A stretch of DNA of 64,000 bases from an uncultured Candidatus Thioglobus sp. (GTDB taxonomy: Bacteria; Pseudomonadota; Gammaproteobacteria; PS1; Pseudothioglobaceae): contig CAZLDG010000001.1 of assembly GCA_964558405.1 (NCBI GenBank), positions 14,326 through 78,325 on the forward strand, in the 5' to 3' direction. Positions 56,010 to 64,000 of the stretch are shown one piece after another. The stretch's first letter is position 1; every line of letters begins with the position of its first letter. A program made the translations under genes and the position numbers. The notes beneath the pieces are model-generated. The model saw only the letters and a program-made list of their open reading frames with translations, did not search any database and was not told where the DNA came from.

Positions 56010-56033
56010 GCAAAAAACCTTAATTGTTAAAGG

Positions 56034-56735
56034 TTATTTACTTTCAATCTCTAGGTCATCAACCGAGCGCTCATCCACCTCGTCTTTTAGGTTCAGCTCT
56101 TGGGAGACTTTATGCAGCTGTGAATCCACATCATGCAAGTGTTCAAGGATGGAATTAATAGCCTTAACCGTTGGATCATCCGCACCACCACCCGTTGCAT
56201 AAGCATCGAACTTATCACTCTTGGTTTGTTTATCTTTAAGCACACGTCCTGGCACGCCAACCACCGTTTTACCCGGCTCAATAGATTTCACCACCACCGA
56301 ATTAGAGCCCACTCTTACACCCTCACTTAGCGTGATTGGCCCTAAAATCTTAGCGCCCGCACCAATCACCACATTGTTCTCTAAGGTTGGGTGGCGCTTA
56401 CCTTTTTCCCAAGAAGTACCACCCAGAGTCACGCCATGATACAAAGTACAATCATCGCCAATCTCAGCAGTTTCACCAATCACCACGCCCATGCCGTGAT
56501 CAATAAAAAAGCGTCTGCCAATCTTAGCACCTGGATGAATTTCAATACCGGTCAACCAGCGCGCCAGCATCATAATAAAACGTGAGAGCCATTTAAGTTT
56601 TAACAGCCACAAGCGGTGCGCCAGGCGATAAAACATCATGACCTGTACGCCTGAGTAGCAAGTGATAATTTCAAAAGTGTTTCTGGCAGCAGGATCGCGA
56701 TCAAAAACGCTTTGAATGTCTTCGATAAATTTCAT
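56034..56735 (-). CDS. cysE: Serine O-acetyltransferase
   Basis: 233 aa. [41 protein letters not shown] hexapeptide core, plus a ~55 aa acidic C-terminal extension. Confidence 0.88.
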   Translation of the reverse strand: MKFIEDIQSVFDRDPAARNTFEIITCYSGVQVMMFYRLAHRLWLLKLKWLSRFIMMLARWLTGIEIHPGAKIGRRFFIDHGMGVVIGETAEIGDDCTLYHGVTLGGTSWEKGKRHPTLENNVVIGAGAKILGPITLSEGVRVGSNSVVVKSIEPGKTVVGVPGRVLKDKQTKSDKFDAYATGGGADDPTVKAINSILEHLHDVDSQLHKVSQELNLKDEVDERSVDDLEIESK

Positions 56736-56747
56736 GGCGTTATTATA

Positions 56748-57587
56748 TCAGTAATCAACGATATACTTAAAGCGCTTATAGTTCCACATATATTGCTCAG
56801 GACAGCTGCGTACCAACTCCTCAATAGCCTTGTTCATCAGTGTCAGATCATCAACCAACTCAGCAGAGTCAGAGAGAATATTCACCGGCTGCAGGTTTAG
56901 TTCAAAGCCCCGACCCTTGTCTAGGCGCTTAGCCCAGGTTAGCAGTACTTGTGCATCATTTTTTCGAGCTAATTTAGCCAACAAGGTCATGGTATAGGCA
57001 TCTTGAGAGAAAAACGGGGCAATAACACCACTATCCACACCGGGAAACTGATCAGGTAAGATGCCCAAAGCCTGCTGTTTAGACAAGGCTCTTTGCAGCT
57101 TAATCACGCCTTTTTTATCAGCACTGGCCATTGATAAATCACCTTGTTGGCGCTTGGAGAATAACAAACGCTCTTGCGTGCTACTACGCAGTGGCTTGTA
57201 TAAAAATGTCACTGGCTTGGTGAGTGAGATAACTCGCCCGGTAATCTCCCAACAGCCAAAATGTGGCACCAATAAAATCGTTGGCTTGTCACTCTCTAAT
57301 AACTCCATACCCCGGGTTGACACCACGTCACGCTGATTCTCTTTAAAGCTGTGATACCAAATATAGCTAGATTCCGTGAGGGACTTCCCCGCCTCAATCA
57401 GAGATTTTCGCACCAGCCCTTGTTGCTGCTCAGCATTTAACTCAGGAAAGCATAGCGTGATATTTTTCTCGCTAACACGTCTGGATTCACTACGCGTTAC
57501 AAACAACAATCGACCAATTAAAGCGCCTAATAGATGATTAAGGCGTAGTGGTAAGATGGAGAAAAATCTTAGTAATAACTTAATCAT
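56748..57587 (-). CDS. LpxL/HtrB-family lysophospholipid/lipid A acyltransferase
   Basis: 279 aa with an N-terminal hydrophobic anchor and the HX4(D/E) motif VPHFGCWE. The start overlaps ttcA by 8 nt. Confidence 0.7.
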   Translation of the reverse strand: MIKLLLRFFSILPLRLNHLLGALIGRLLFVTRSESRRVSEKNITLCFPELNAEQQQGLVRKSLIEAGKSLTESSYIWYHSFKENQRDVVSTRGMELLESDKPTILLVPHFGCWEITGRVISLTKPVTFLYKPLRSSTQERLLFSKRQQGDLSMASADKKGVIKLQRALSKQQALGILPDQFPGVDSGVIAPFFSQDAYTMTLLAKLARKNDAQVLLTWAKRLDKGRGFELNLQPVNILSDSAELVDDLTLMNKAIEELVRSCPEQYMWNYKRFKYIVDY

Positions 57588-58317
57588 TAACCTCGTCCAA
57601 CATCGGTTTCATAGCGCTGAGCAAGTTCTTGTATAAATTCGGCGTACGCTGCTCTTCACTTAATAACCACTGCTTAAAATGCTCACGCTCAGTAGGCATG
57701 GAAAAACAAGCCGGACAAGAATCGGCAATTACCGGTAGTTTGAGCTCCTGAGCAAAACTGGCCAATTGTCTTTCACGCACATAAACCGAGGGGCGAATAA
57801 TGCGAATGTCTTTGGCGTCATTAACATAGTGTGCTTTCATGGTTTGAATCTTGCCATTATGACACATGGACATCATCAGCGATTCTGCCAAATCGTCCAA
57901 GTGTTGGCCTAGGGCTAAGACATTGTAGTTTTCACGCCTGGCCACTTGATACATCAGCCCACGCTTAATTCGAGCACAAAATGAGCAATAAGAATCGCCC
58001 TTCATACTCTGCTTGGCCTGCTCCATAATTGGAAACTCTTCAAAGAAATAAGGTGTTTCAAACCTTTGAAAAAAACTCTCCAAGGCTTGTGGCTCAAAGC
58101 CCTCAACTTCTGGGTCAATGGTCACCACGCCCAGATCAAAGTTAATGGGTGCATGGCGTTGAAAATGACGCAGAATATGAAACAAACTCAAAGAATCTTT
58201 GCCACCTGAGACTGCCAATAACACGCGATCTCCATCTCTGATCATAGAGAAATCGGCAATGGCTCGCCCTACTGGCTTAACCAAGAGTTTGGGTATTTTT
58301 ATGCGTTGTAGAACCAT
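57580..58317 (-). CDS. ttcA: tRNA 2-thiocytidine(32) synthetase TtcA
   Basis: The ORF is open to 58374. The Met at 58317 (MVLQRIKIPKLLVKPVGRAIADFSMI) fits the TtcA N-terminus. PP-loop SGGKDS, with Cys motifs CSFC and CPAC. Confidence 0.88.
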   Translation of the reverse strand: MVLQRIKIPKLLVKPVGRAIADFSMIRDGDRVLLAVSGGKDSLSLFHILRHFQRHAPINFDLGVVTIDPEVEGFEPQALESFFQRFETPYFFEEFPIMEQAKQSMKGDSYCSFCARIKRGLMYQVARRENYNVLALGQHLDDLAESLMMSMCHNGKIQTMKAHYVNDAKDIRIIRPSVYVRERQLASFAQELKLPVIADSCPACFSMPTEREHFKQWLLSEEQRTPNLYKNLLSAMKPMLDEVND

Positions 58318-60026
58318 TGCTGTTGTCGTTGTTGTGTGTCCGCATCCATATCGCTGGCAATACTTAGCTGACAATAGGTTGGCTCACTAGAGAAAAACTC
58401 AACTCTGATTTCTCTTAATACCTTATCTCTTAACACACCCAGGGTTAATACTTGGCCCGGCTCTAATGTGTCCACCAATTCAATGAACTGTTGTTGTTTA
58501 AGTGCAACCTGATTGGCAGTGATAATTTTATCCCCTACATACAGGCCAGAGTGGTGAGCGCAACTTTGGTGCAAGACCTGGGTAATAATGATTTGCCCAG
58601 CCTGCTCTTTGCTATGAATGCCAAAATTAGACAGGTCTGATTTTTTATGACTAAATTTACACTCAACACCCACATAGCTCAGTACTTGGGTTAGTGGCAG
58701 TTCTTTGGTGTCATACAGATAATCGGCAAAGAATTCAGAAAAATCCGTCTTAGTCAGTTGTTCTACCACCTGTTGTACCGTACTATTCTCAGTGCCTTGC
58801 TGTTGATAATGCTGCCAAATATATTGCAAAATATCATCCAAAGTGTTTTGGTCTTTGGTGCGTCTTCTGATTTCTATATCTAAGACCAAGGCCAGCAATG
58901 CACCCTTGGTATAGTAACTGACAATCGCATTCGGTGCATTTTCATCTTGTTGATAAAATCGTGTCCAGGCGTCATAACTAGATTCTGCCAACGACTGCAG
59001 GTGACGTCCGCGAGATTTTTGTACGCGAGTCATGGTTTGCGCGAGTAAATCCAAATAAACCTCAGGGCTAATCAACTTGGTTCTTAATAGGGACAACTCA
59101 TCATAATACGAGGTAAAGCCCTCATAAATCCACAACTGCTCGGTATAGTTTTCTCGAGAAAAATCCAGCTGATGAAAGCTACTAGGCTTAATGGTTTTCA
59201 CCCACCAAGCATGGAAATATTCATGTGAACATAGCGCCAAAAACTTGGCATAATCTTGGCGCACACCACTCTCACCCACCACAGGCAGATCCTTTCTAGA
59301 ACAAATAAGACTACAAGAATTGCGATGCTCCAAACCGCCATAACCTTGGGTGCGAACCAGGGTTAAAAAGTGGTACTCATCAAAGGGTGCTTCAGAGAAA
59401 AAATCCAAATGGTGTTGGCAAATCTTACTCAGATCTCGCTCAAGTCGACTGGTGTCTGCCTGATGCGTACCACTTAGTGCCAAGCTGTGTTGAATGCCTT
59501 TAAGTTCAAACTCAGCTGTACAAAGATTGGCTATCTCCACCGGGTAGTCAATCAGCGCTTGATAGTCTTCAGCCTCAAATTCTAGCGCTGATAACGCCTT
59601 AAGCCCCGTGGCAATCTGCCAGTACTCATTAGGCTTTTCAATTGTTAGCCTGCAACTCTCTTGCTCGAGCCCCAAAGGCAATAAAAACACACTAGAGCCA
59701 TTAAAAAAAGCTCGATCACCATCCAGATAAGCCGAGCGCACTGAGAGATCAAAGGCGTAAACCTCATACTCAAGGGTGATTTCACCCTCATGCGGCTGTA
59801 CAATCCAATGATGCTTATCGAGTTTTTTAACCGAGAGATTTTCGCCAGCGCCACTGGCGCGAATACTCACCACATTTTTACAAAAATCACGAATCAGATA
59901 GCTGCCAGCAATCCAATTAGGCAGTGAAAGCACCTGGCCCAAAGGATTGGGGTTGGGAATATTAAGGGTAAGCGCAAATAGGTGCGCGTGAGAATCTTTG
60001 GCCGCTAGGTGATAGGAAAGGCTCAT
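58299..60026 (-). CDS. M61 family (glycyl aminopeptidase-like) metallopeptidase with C-terminal PDZ domain
   Basis: 575 aa. Zinc motif HEYFHAWW with a downstream E (LWIYEGFTSY). The C-terminal PDZ-like segment is GLYVGDKIITANQV. No signal peptide. The start overlaps the upstream OMP gene by 4 nt. Confidence 0.8.
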   Translation of the reverse strand: MSLSYHLAAKDSHAHLFALTLNIPNPNPLGQVLSLPNWIAGSYLIRDFCKNVVSIRASGAGENLSVKKLDKHHWIVQPHEGEITLEYEVYAFDLSVRSAYLDGDRAFFNGSSVFLLPLGLEQESCRLTIEKPNEYWQIATGLKALSALEFEAEDYQALIDYPVEIANLCTAEFELKGIQHSLALSGTHQADTSRLERDLSKICQHHLDFFSEAPFDEYHFLTLVRTQGYGGLEHRNSCSLICSRKDLPVVGESGVRQDYAKFLALCSHEYFHAWWVKTIKPSSFHQLDFSRENYTEQLWIYEGFTSYYDELSLLRTKLISPEVYLDLLAQTMTRVQKSRGRHLQSLAESSYDAWTRFYQQDENAPNAIVSYYTKGALLALVLDIEIRRRTKDQNTLDDILQYIWQHYQQQGTENSTVQQVVEQLTKTDFSEFFADYLYDTKELPLTQVLSYVGVECKFSHKKSDLSNFGIHSKEQAGQIIITQVLHQSCAHHSGLYVGDKIITANQVALKQQQFIELVDTLEPGQVLTLGVLRDKVLREIRVEFFSSEPTYCQLSIASDMDADTQQRQQQWFYNA

Positions 60027-61414
60027 TGAATCAGAGTATCAATATTGGCCTTATATTCCAGTACTGCCTGCTGATAATCTTTGGCTACTTGAGCTGCGCT
60101 AAGTTTGGCGCTCATCTCATTGTCTTGTGCACTGATTACCACACTGGCTTGCGAGTTACCATTGGCATAACGCTTTTGTTCTTCTTGTGCTCTATCGCTG
60201 GCAATTTGTATCTGTGTTTTACTCAGTAACAACATCTCAGATAACAGTTGAATCTTCTCCAGACTTAACTGGGTTTTGGTATGCAATTCAATGAGTTTTT
60301 CCGCTCTAGCGCTATCGCTAGCACGAATCTGTGTTTGGGTTTTTTGCACAGCAATCTTAGACTCAGTACCACCCAGCGGATAAGACAATGACAAGCCTAC
60401 TGAGTAATGCGTGCCTTGATTATCAATAGACTGATCATAGTCCAGGTGCTCACCTTCAGACGAGAGTCCTAAGTTCAGGCTTAAATCGGCCAAAGATTTG
60501 TTTTTATTGCTTTGTAGTTGTCGTTGCAACTTGTCCAGCTCTAGACTATTAATTTTTAGCGTTCTGGCATTTTGATCTAAAAGTTGCTCTAAGTCGGTGA
60601 TCGCAACCTCGAACACTTGATACAAATCCAGCTCTGCTTTGATCAGTGTCTTGTCCAGTTTGAGTGCCAAGGCTAATTCTCGTTGTAATAGCTCTAAGGC
60701 TTGACGCGCTTGCAAGCGCTGGGTTTTAGCACGTTGATAAGCGTCTTTTTGATTAAGTACATCAACCTTATCCACTACTGATTGTGCAAACTTATCTTCA
60801 ACCAAATCTAACTCTTGTTGCGCCAACTCAACGCGAGATTGGTTAATGTCAAATTGCGCTTGCAAATAAGCCAAATTTACAAATTTTTGTAAATAACCTA
60901 GAACAAAGTTCTCTTGTTTCTCCAAGACGTTAATACGACTAATTTGCACATCAATCTCAGCTAAGTCAGTACCCAGCCTGTCATTAATGCCGCCGCTGTT
61001 TTTCAATAAGGGTTGCGAATAATCAATCGAGAATTTATTACGATTGGTATTAAGCGCAGCCGTTGTGGCTTTGGATTTCTCCTTCCAATTATGCTTAAGC
61101 GTTAGATCACCACCCAATGTGGTTAGTTTTTTCTTGGCACTAACATCAACCGAAGTGCTCTGTAAGTCGCTATAAGTAGTAATAGAAGAAACCTCGCCAT
61201 AATCTTCATCTTGATACTTGGTATCTAGTGACAATGTCCAGTCTTGATTAGCGGTGGTTGTCTGTTTATTGAGTGTAGCAATCTGCGCATCTGCCTCTAG
61301 CTGTTGAAAAAATGGATGCACATTGGTGAGTCGTTGCACAAACTCCTCAGTACTAAGTGCTAAAGCATTCAGCGAGGTGCTGCTCATTAATATTAATACT
61401 AAGGTTTTATTCAT
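60023..61414 (-). CDS. TolC-like outer-membrane efflux protein (OEP family)
   Basis: 463 aa. Signal peptide MNKTLVLILMSSTSLNALA and two OEP repeats rich in coiled-coil heptads (LAQQELDLVEDKF..., LQRQLQSNKNK...). The start overlaps aroK by 4 nt. Confidence 0.8.
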   Translation of the reverse strand: MNKTLVLILMSSTSLNALALSTEEFVQRLTNVHPFFQQLEADAQIATLNKQTTTANQDWTLSLDTKYQDEDYGEVSSITTYSDLQSTSVDVSAKKKLTTLGGDLTLKHNWKEKSKATTAALNTNRNKFSIDYSQPLLKNSGGINDRLGTDLAEIDVQISRINVLEKQENFVLGYLQKFVNLAYLQAQFDINQSRVELAQQELDLVEDKFAQSVVDKVDVLNQKDAYQRAKTQRLQARQALELLQRELALALKLDKTLIKAELDLYQVFEVAITDLEQLLDQNARTLKINSLELDKLQRQLQSNKNKSLADLSLNLGLSSEGEHLDYDQSIDNQGTHYSVGLSLSYPLGGTESKIAVQKTQTQIRASDSARAEKLIELHTKTQLSLEKIQLLSEMLLLSKTQIQIASDRAQEEQKRYANGNSQASVVISAQDNEMSAKLSAAQVAKDYQQAVLEYKANIDTLIQ

Positions 61415-61935
61415 TTGGGAATGGACTTCTTAATTTCGTTAATAATAGCGTAGAGCTTCTTACCCGTGGTGTCAATCACCACATCAGCCACCTCTTGATA
61501 CCAGTCTTCTCTGGCCTCTAGTAAATCTCGAATGGTCTTTTCTCGATCATTTGATTGTTCTAACAGGGGGCGCGTTTTAGATTTGGCTGTGCGTTTTAAG
61601 AGTTGCTCAACGGTTGAAGATAGATACACCACAAAACTGTGATTTTGTTTGAGTAGTTCGCGATTCTCAGGCTTAATAACAATGCCACCGCCTGTGGCTA
61701 AAACGATATTGGGAATCTCGCACAAATCTTTAAGCATTTGTGTCTCTCGAATACGAAAACCCTCTTCACCTTCTACATCAAAAATATGATCAATGGCAAC
61801 ACCGGTTTTGGCCACAATTTCAAAATCGCTATCAAAAAAATCGCGCTTGAGTACGCAAGCCAGACGTCGACCCACTGATGTTTTTCCTGAGCCCATTGGC
61901 CCCACCAAAACAACATTAGGCGCTTGCTGAGTCAT
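61411..61935 (-). CDS. aroK: Shikimate kinase
   Basis: The ORF is open to 61968. The Met at 61935 (MTQQAPNVVLVGPMGSGKTSVGR) gives a standard N-terminus. P-loop GPMGSGKT, DSD and GGG motifs. TAATG overlap with the preceding small gene. Confidence 0.92.
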   Translation of the reverse strand: MTQQAPNVVLVGPMGSGKTSVGRRLACVLKRDFFDSDFEIVAKTGVAIDHIFDVEGEEGFRIRETQMLKDLCEIPNIVLATGGGIVIKPENRELLKQNHSFVVYLSSTVEQLLKRTAKSKTRPLLEQSNDREKTIRDLLEAREDWYQEVADVVIDTTGKKLYAIINEIKKSIPK

Positions 61936-62123
61936 TACTGCTCTACCAACTGATAACTGGCGCCACAATAAGGGCAGTCTGCCTTACCTTTGGCGTCAAA
62001 TTTTAAATACACCTTCGGATGCATATTCCATTTTTGCGCCTCAGGTGGCGGACAATGAAACGGTAAATCCTTTTTCTCAACCTGAGAAAAGCTTACGTGT
62101 TTTTGCGAATGCTCTGCGCTCAT
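61935..62123 (-). CDS. zf-CHCC zinc-finger domain protein (NDUFS6-like finger)
   Basis: The ORF is open to 62153 (overlapping ilvE). The Met at 62123 gives 62 aa. Motif HCPPP...HPKVYL...ADCPYCG matches the C-H-C-C finger pattern. Confidence 0.6.
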   Translation of the reverse strand: MSAEHSQKHVSFSQVEKKDLPFHCPPPEAQKWNMHPKVYLKFDAKGKADCPYCGASYQLVEQ

Positions 62124-62125
62124 CG

Positions 62126-63058
62126 TTAACGACAAATACCCTTGGCAATCCAAGATTTGTATTGCTGATTACGACCATAAACACAATCAAAATACAGTGA
62201 TTGAATTTGCTCAGTAATTGGACCACGAGAACCATTGCCAATTATGCGATTATCCAGCTCACGAATTGGTGTTACTTCGGCAGCCGTACCAGTGAAAAAC
62301 GCTTCATCGGCACAATAAACCTCATCACGAGTAATACGCTTTTCCACCACCTTGTAGCCCAAATCGGTTGCTAGAGTGAAAATGGTATCACGGGTAATAC
62401 CCGCCAAGGCCGAGGTTAGATCTGGTGTATAGATGACACCATCACGAATAATAAAAATATTCTCGCCTGAGCCTTCAGCCACAAAACCATCAACATCCAG
62501 TAGTAGCGCTTCATCATAACCGTCAGTTAGCGCTTCTTGCAAGGCCAGCATTGAATTAATGTAGTTACCATTGGCTTTGGCTTTGGTCATGGCAATATTG
62601 GCGTGATGACGCGTATAGCTCGAGGTGCGAATACGAATACCATTTTTCATATTATCCTCGCCCAAATAAGCACCCCATTCCCAAGCGGCAATAATGGTAT
62701 GTACGCTTAGATTATCTGCTCTTAGACCCATACCTTCTGAACCATAAAAACACATCGGACGAATATAAGCACTATCTAGGCCATTTTTAGCCACCGCATC
62801 TTTTTGTGCTTGATTAATCTCTGCTTTAGAGTAACCAATGTCCATGTTCATAATCTTAGCCGAATTAAACAGGCGATCAGTATGCTCTTCAATTCTAAAG
62901 ATTGCTGGACCCTGATCCGTATGATAAGCACGCACGCCTTCAAACACACCCATGCCATAATGCAGTGTATGGGTTAGCACATGAGTTTTGGCATCGCGCC
63001 AATCAACCCACTGACCGTCGTACCAAATTAAACCTTCTCTATCGTCAAATCCACTCAT
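62126..63058 (-). CDS. ilvE: Branched-chain amino acid aminotransferase
   Basis: 310 aa, fold-type IV PLP enzyme. HYGMGVFEGVRAY, TKAKANGNYINS and FFTGTAAEVTPI motifs. Confidence 0.94.
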   Translation of the reverse strand: MSGFDDREGLIWYDGQWVDWRDAKTHVLTHTLHYGMGVFEGVRAYHTDQGPAIFRIEEHTDRLFNSAKIMNMDIGYSKAEINQAQKDAVAKNGLDSAYIRPMCFYGSEGMGLRADNLSVHTIIAAWEWGAYLGEDNMKNGIRIRTSSYTRHHANIAMTKAKANGNYINSMLALQEALTDGYDEALLLDVDGFVAEGSGENIFIIRDGVIYTPDLTSALAGITRDTIFTLATDLGYKVVEKRITRDEVYCADEAFFTGTAAEVTPIRELDNRIIGNGSRGPITEQIQSLYFDCVYGRNQQYKSWIAKGICR

Positions 63059-63061
63059 CTT

Positions 63062-64000
63062 TTATTCCTTGTCTAGCTCAAATGCAGCGTGCAAAGCACG
63101 AACTGCCAATTCTAAATACTTCTCATCAATCACCACGGAGATCTTAATCTCAGAAGTTGAAATCATTTGGATATTAATGCCTTCATTGTGCAAAATCTCA
63201 AACATTTGCGCGGCAATACCCGCATGAGAACGCATACCAATACCCACCAATGATACTTTAACCACTTTGTCATCGTTTTGCACGGCAATGGCGTCCAAGT
63301 CTTGACGCACCGCCTCTAAGATGGTGTTGGTCTTTTCATAATCATTGCGGTGTACAGTAAAGGCAAAGTTAGTCAAACCTTCACGCGCCGAGACACTTTG
63401 TACAATCATATCCACTTCAATATTGGCATCACTGATTGGCTTTAGAATCTTAAACGCCACACCTGGCTCATCCGGCACACCAATCAAACTAAGCTTAGCC
63501 TCGTCCTTATTGTGTGCAATACCTGAAATAACTGCTTGTTCCATAATGTTTTCCTCGCTGGTAATTAGTGTGCCTTGTGGATTATCAATCATTGACGATA
63601 AAACGCGTAAAGGTACTTTGTATTTGGATGCAAACTCTACCGAGCGAATTTGCAAAACTTTCGAGCCTAGTGATGCCATCTCTAGCATCTCCTCATAACT
63701 CACCGCGTGCATTTTGCGCGCCTTAGGCTCAATACGTGGATCGGTGGTATACACGCCATCCACATCGGTATAAATCTGACACTCATCTGCTTTAAGCGCT
63801 GCTGCTAATGCAACCGCTGTGGTATCTGAACCGCCACGACCCAGTGTGGTGATATGACTATTCTCATCTGCGCCTTGGAAGCCGGCTACAACCACAACCT
63901 TGCCCGCATCTAAACTGTTACGAATGCGATGATCATCAATGGATTTAATACGCGCCTTACCATGTGAGCTATCCGTGGTGATGCGCACTTGTGAACCCGT
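63062..64000 (-). CDS. lysC: Aspartate kinase, C-terminal part (5' end beyond the window)
   Basis: The frame stays open through nt 64000 (TGSQ precedes the tracked GTG at 63988). LGRGGSDTTAVALAAAL and YTDVDGVYTTDPR motifs, plus two C-terminal ACT domains. Confidence 0.92.
   Translation of the reverse strand, partial: TGSQVRITTDSSHGKARIKSIDDHRIRNSLDAGKVVVVAGFQGADENSHITTLGRGGSDTTAVALAAALKADECQIYTDVDGVYTTDPRIEPKARKMHAVSYEEMLEMASLGSKVLQIRSVEFASKYKVPLRVLSSMIDNPQGTLITSEENIMEQAVISGIAHNKDEAKLSLIGVPDEPGVAFKILKPISDANIEVDMIVQSVSAREGLTNFAFTVHRNDYEKTNTILEAVRQDLDAIAVQNDDKVVKVSLVGIGMRSHAGIAAQMFEILHNEGINIQMISTSEIKISVVIDEKYLELAVRALHAAFELDKE

Overview
This is a dense, almost entirely housekeeping chromosomal segment from a moderately AT-rich proteobacterium. 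Gene content and order fit Gamma- or Betaproteobacteria: hflKC-hisZ-purA-rnr, lptD-surA, pdxA-rsmA-apaG-apaH, rseP-bamA-skp-lpxD-fabZ-lpxA, rpoH-groESL, parE, and cysE-iscRSUA-hscBA-fdx. I cannot name the genus from sequence alone. I call 65 protein-coding genes (two cut by the window edges), one tRNA-Ser(GGA), four rho-independent terminators and three promoter candidates. By my own tally of the gaps between calls, only about 1.7 kb (~3%) is non-coding. Many neighbouring genes share 1-, 4-, 8- or 14-nt overlaps, including several convergent pairs with no terminator between them. I found no rRNA, CRISPR array, transposase, integrase, prophage, toxin-antitoxin or recognisable defence genes, so most of the window is ordinary core genome. 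The best candidate for an undescribed system is a tightly packed five-gene minus-strand operon at 11893-16264: MoxR-type AAA+ ATPase, NnrS, a hemerythrin-like protein, an HExxH + VWA(MIDAS) protein, and a rhodanese. It lies inside a ~12 kb block that splits the normally contiguous lptD-surA / pdxA-rsmA-apaG-apaH cluster. By analogy with NorQ/NorD and CbbQ/CbbO, I infer a dedicated metal-centre maturation or repair module for an NO-stress membrane protein. This is inference only. Secondary oddities are an MFP-RND pair with no outer-membrane gene and a Lys/Glu-rich C-terminal tail, and a TolC-like gene translationally coupled to aroK upstream and to a cytoplasmic M61/PDZ peptidase downstream. 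There are also several synteny rearrangements relative to the E. coli paradigm. All functional calls rest on motif recognition by eye in the supplied translations. No database search was run.
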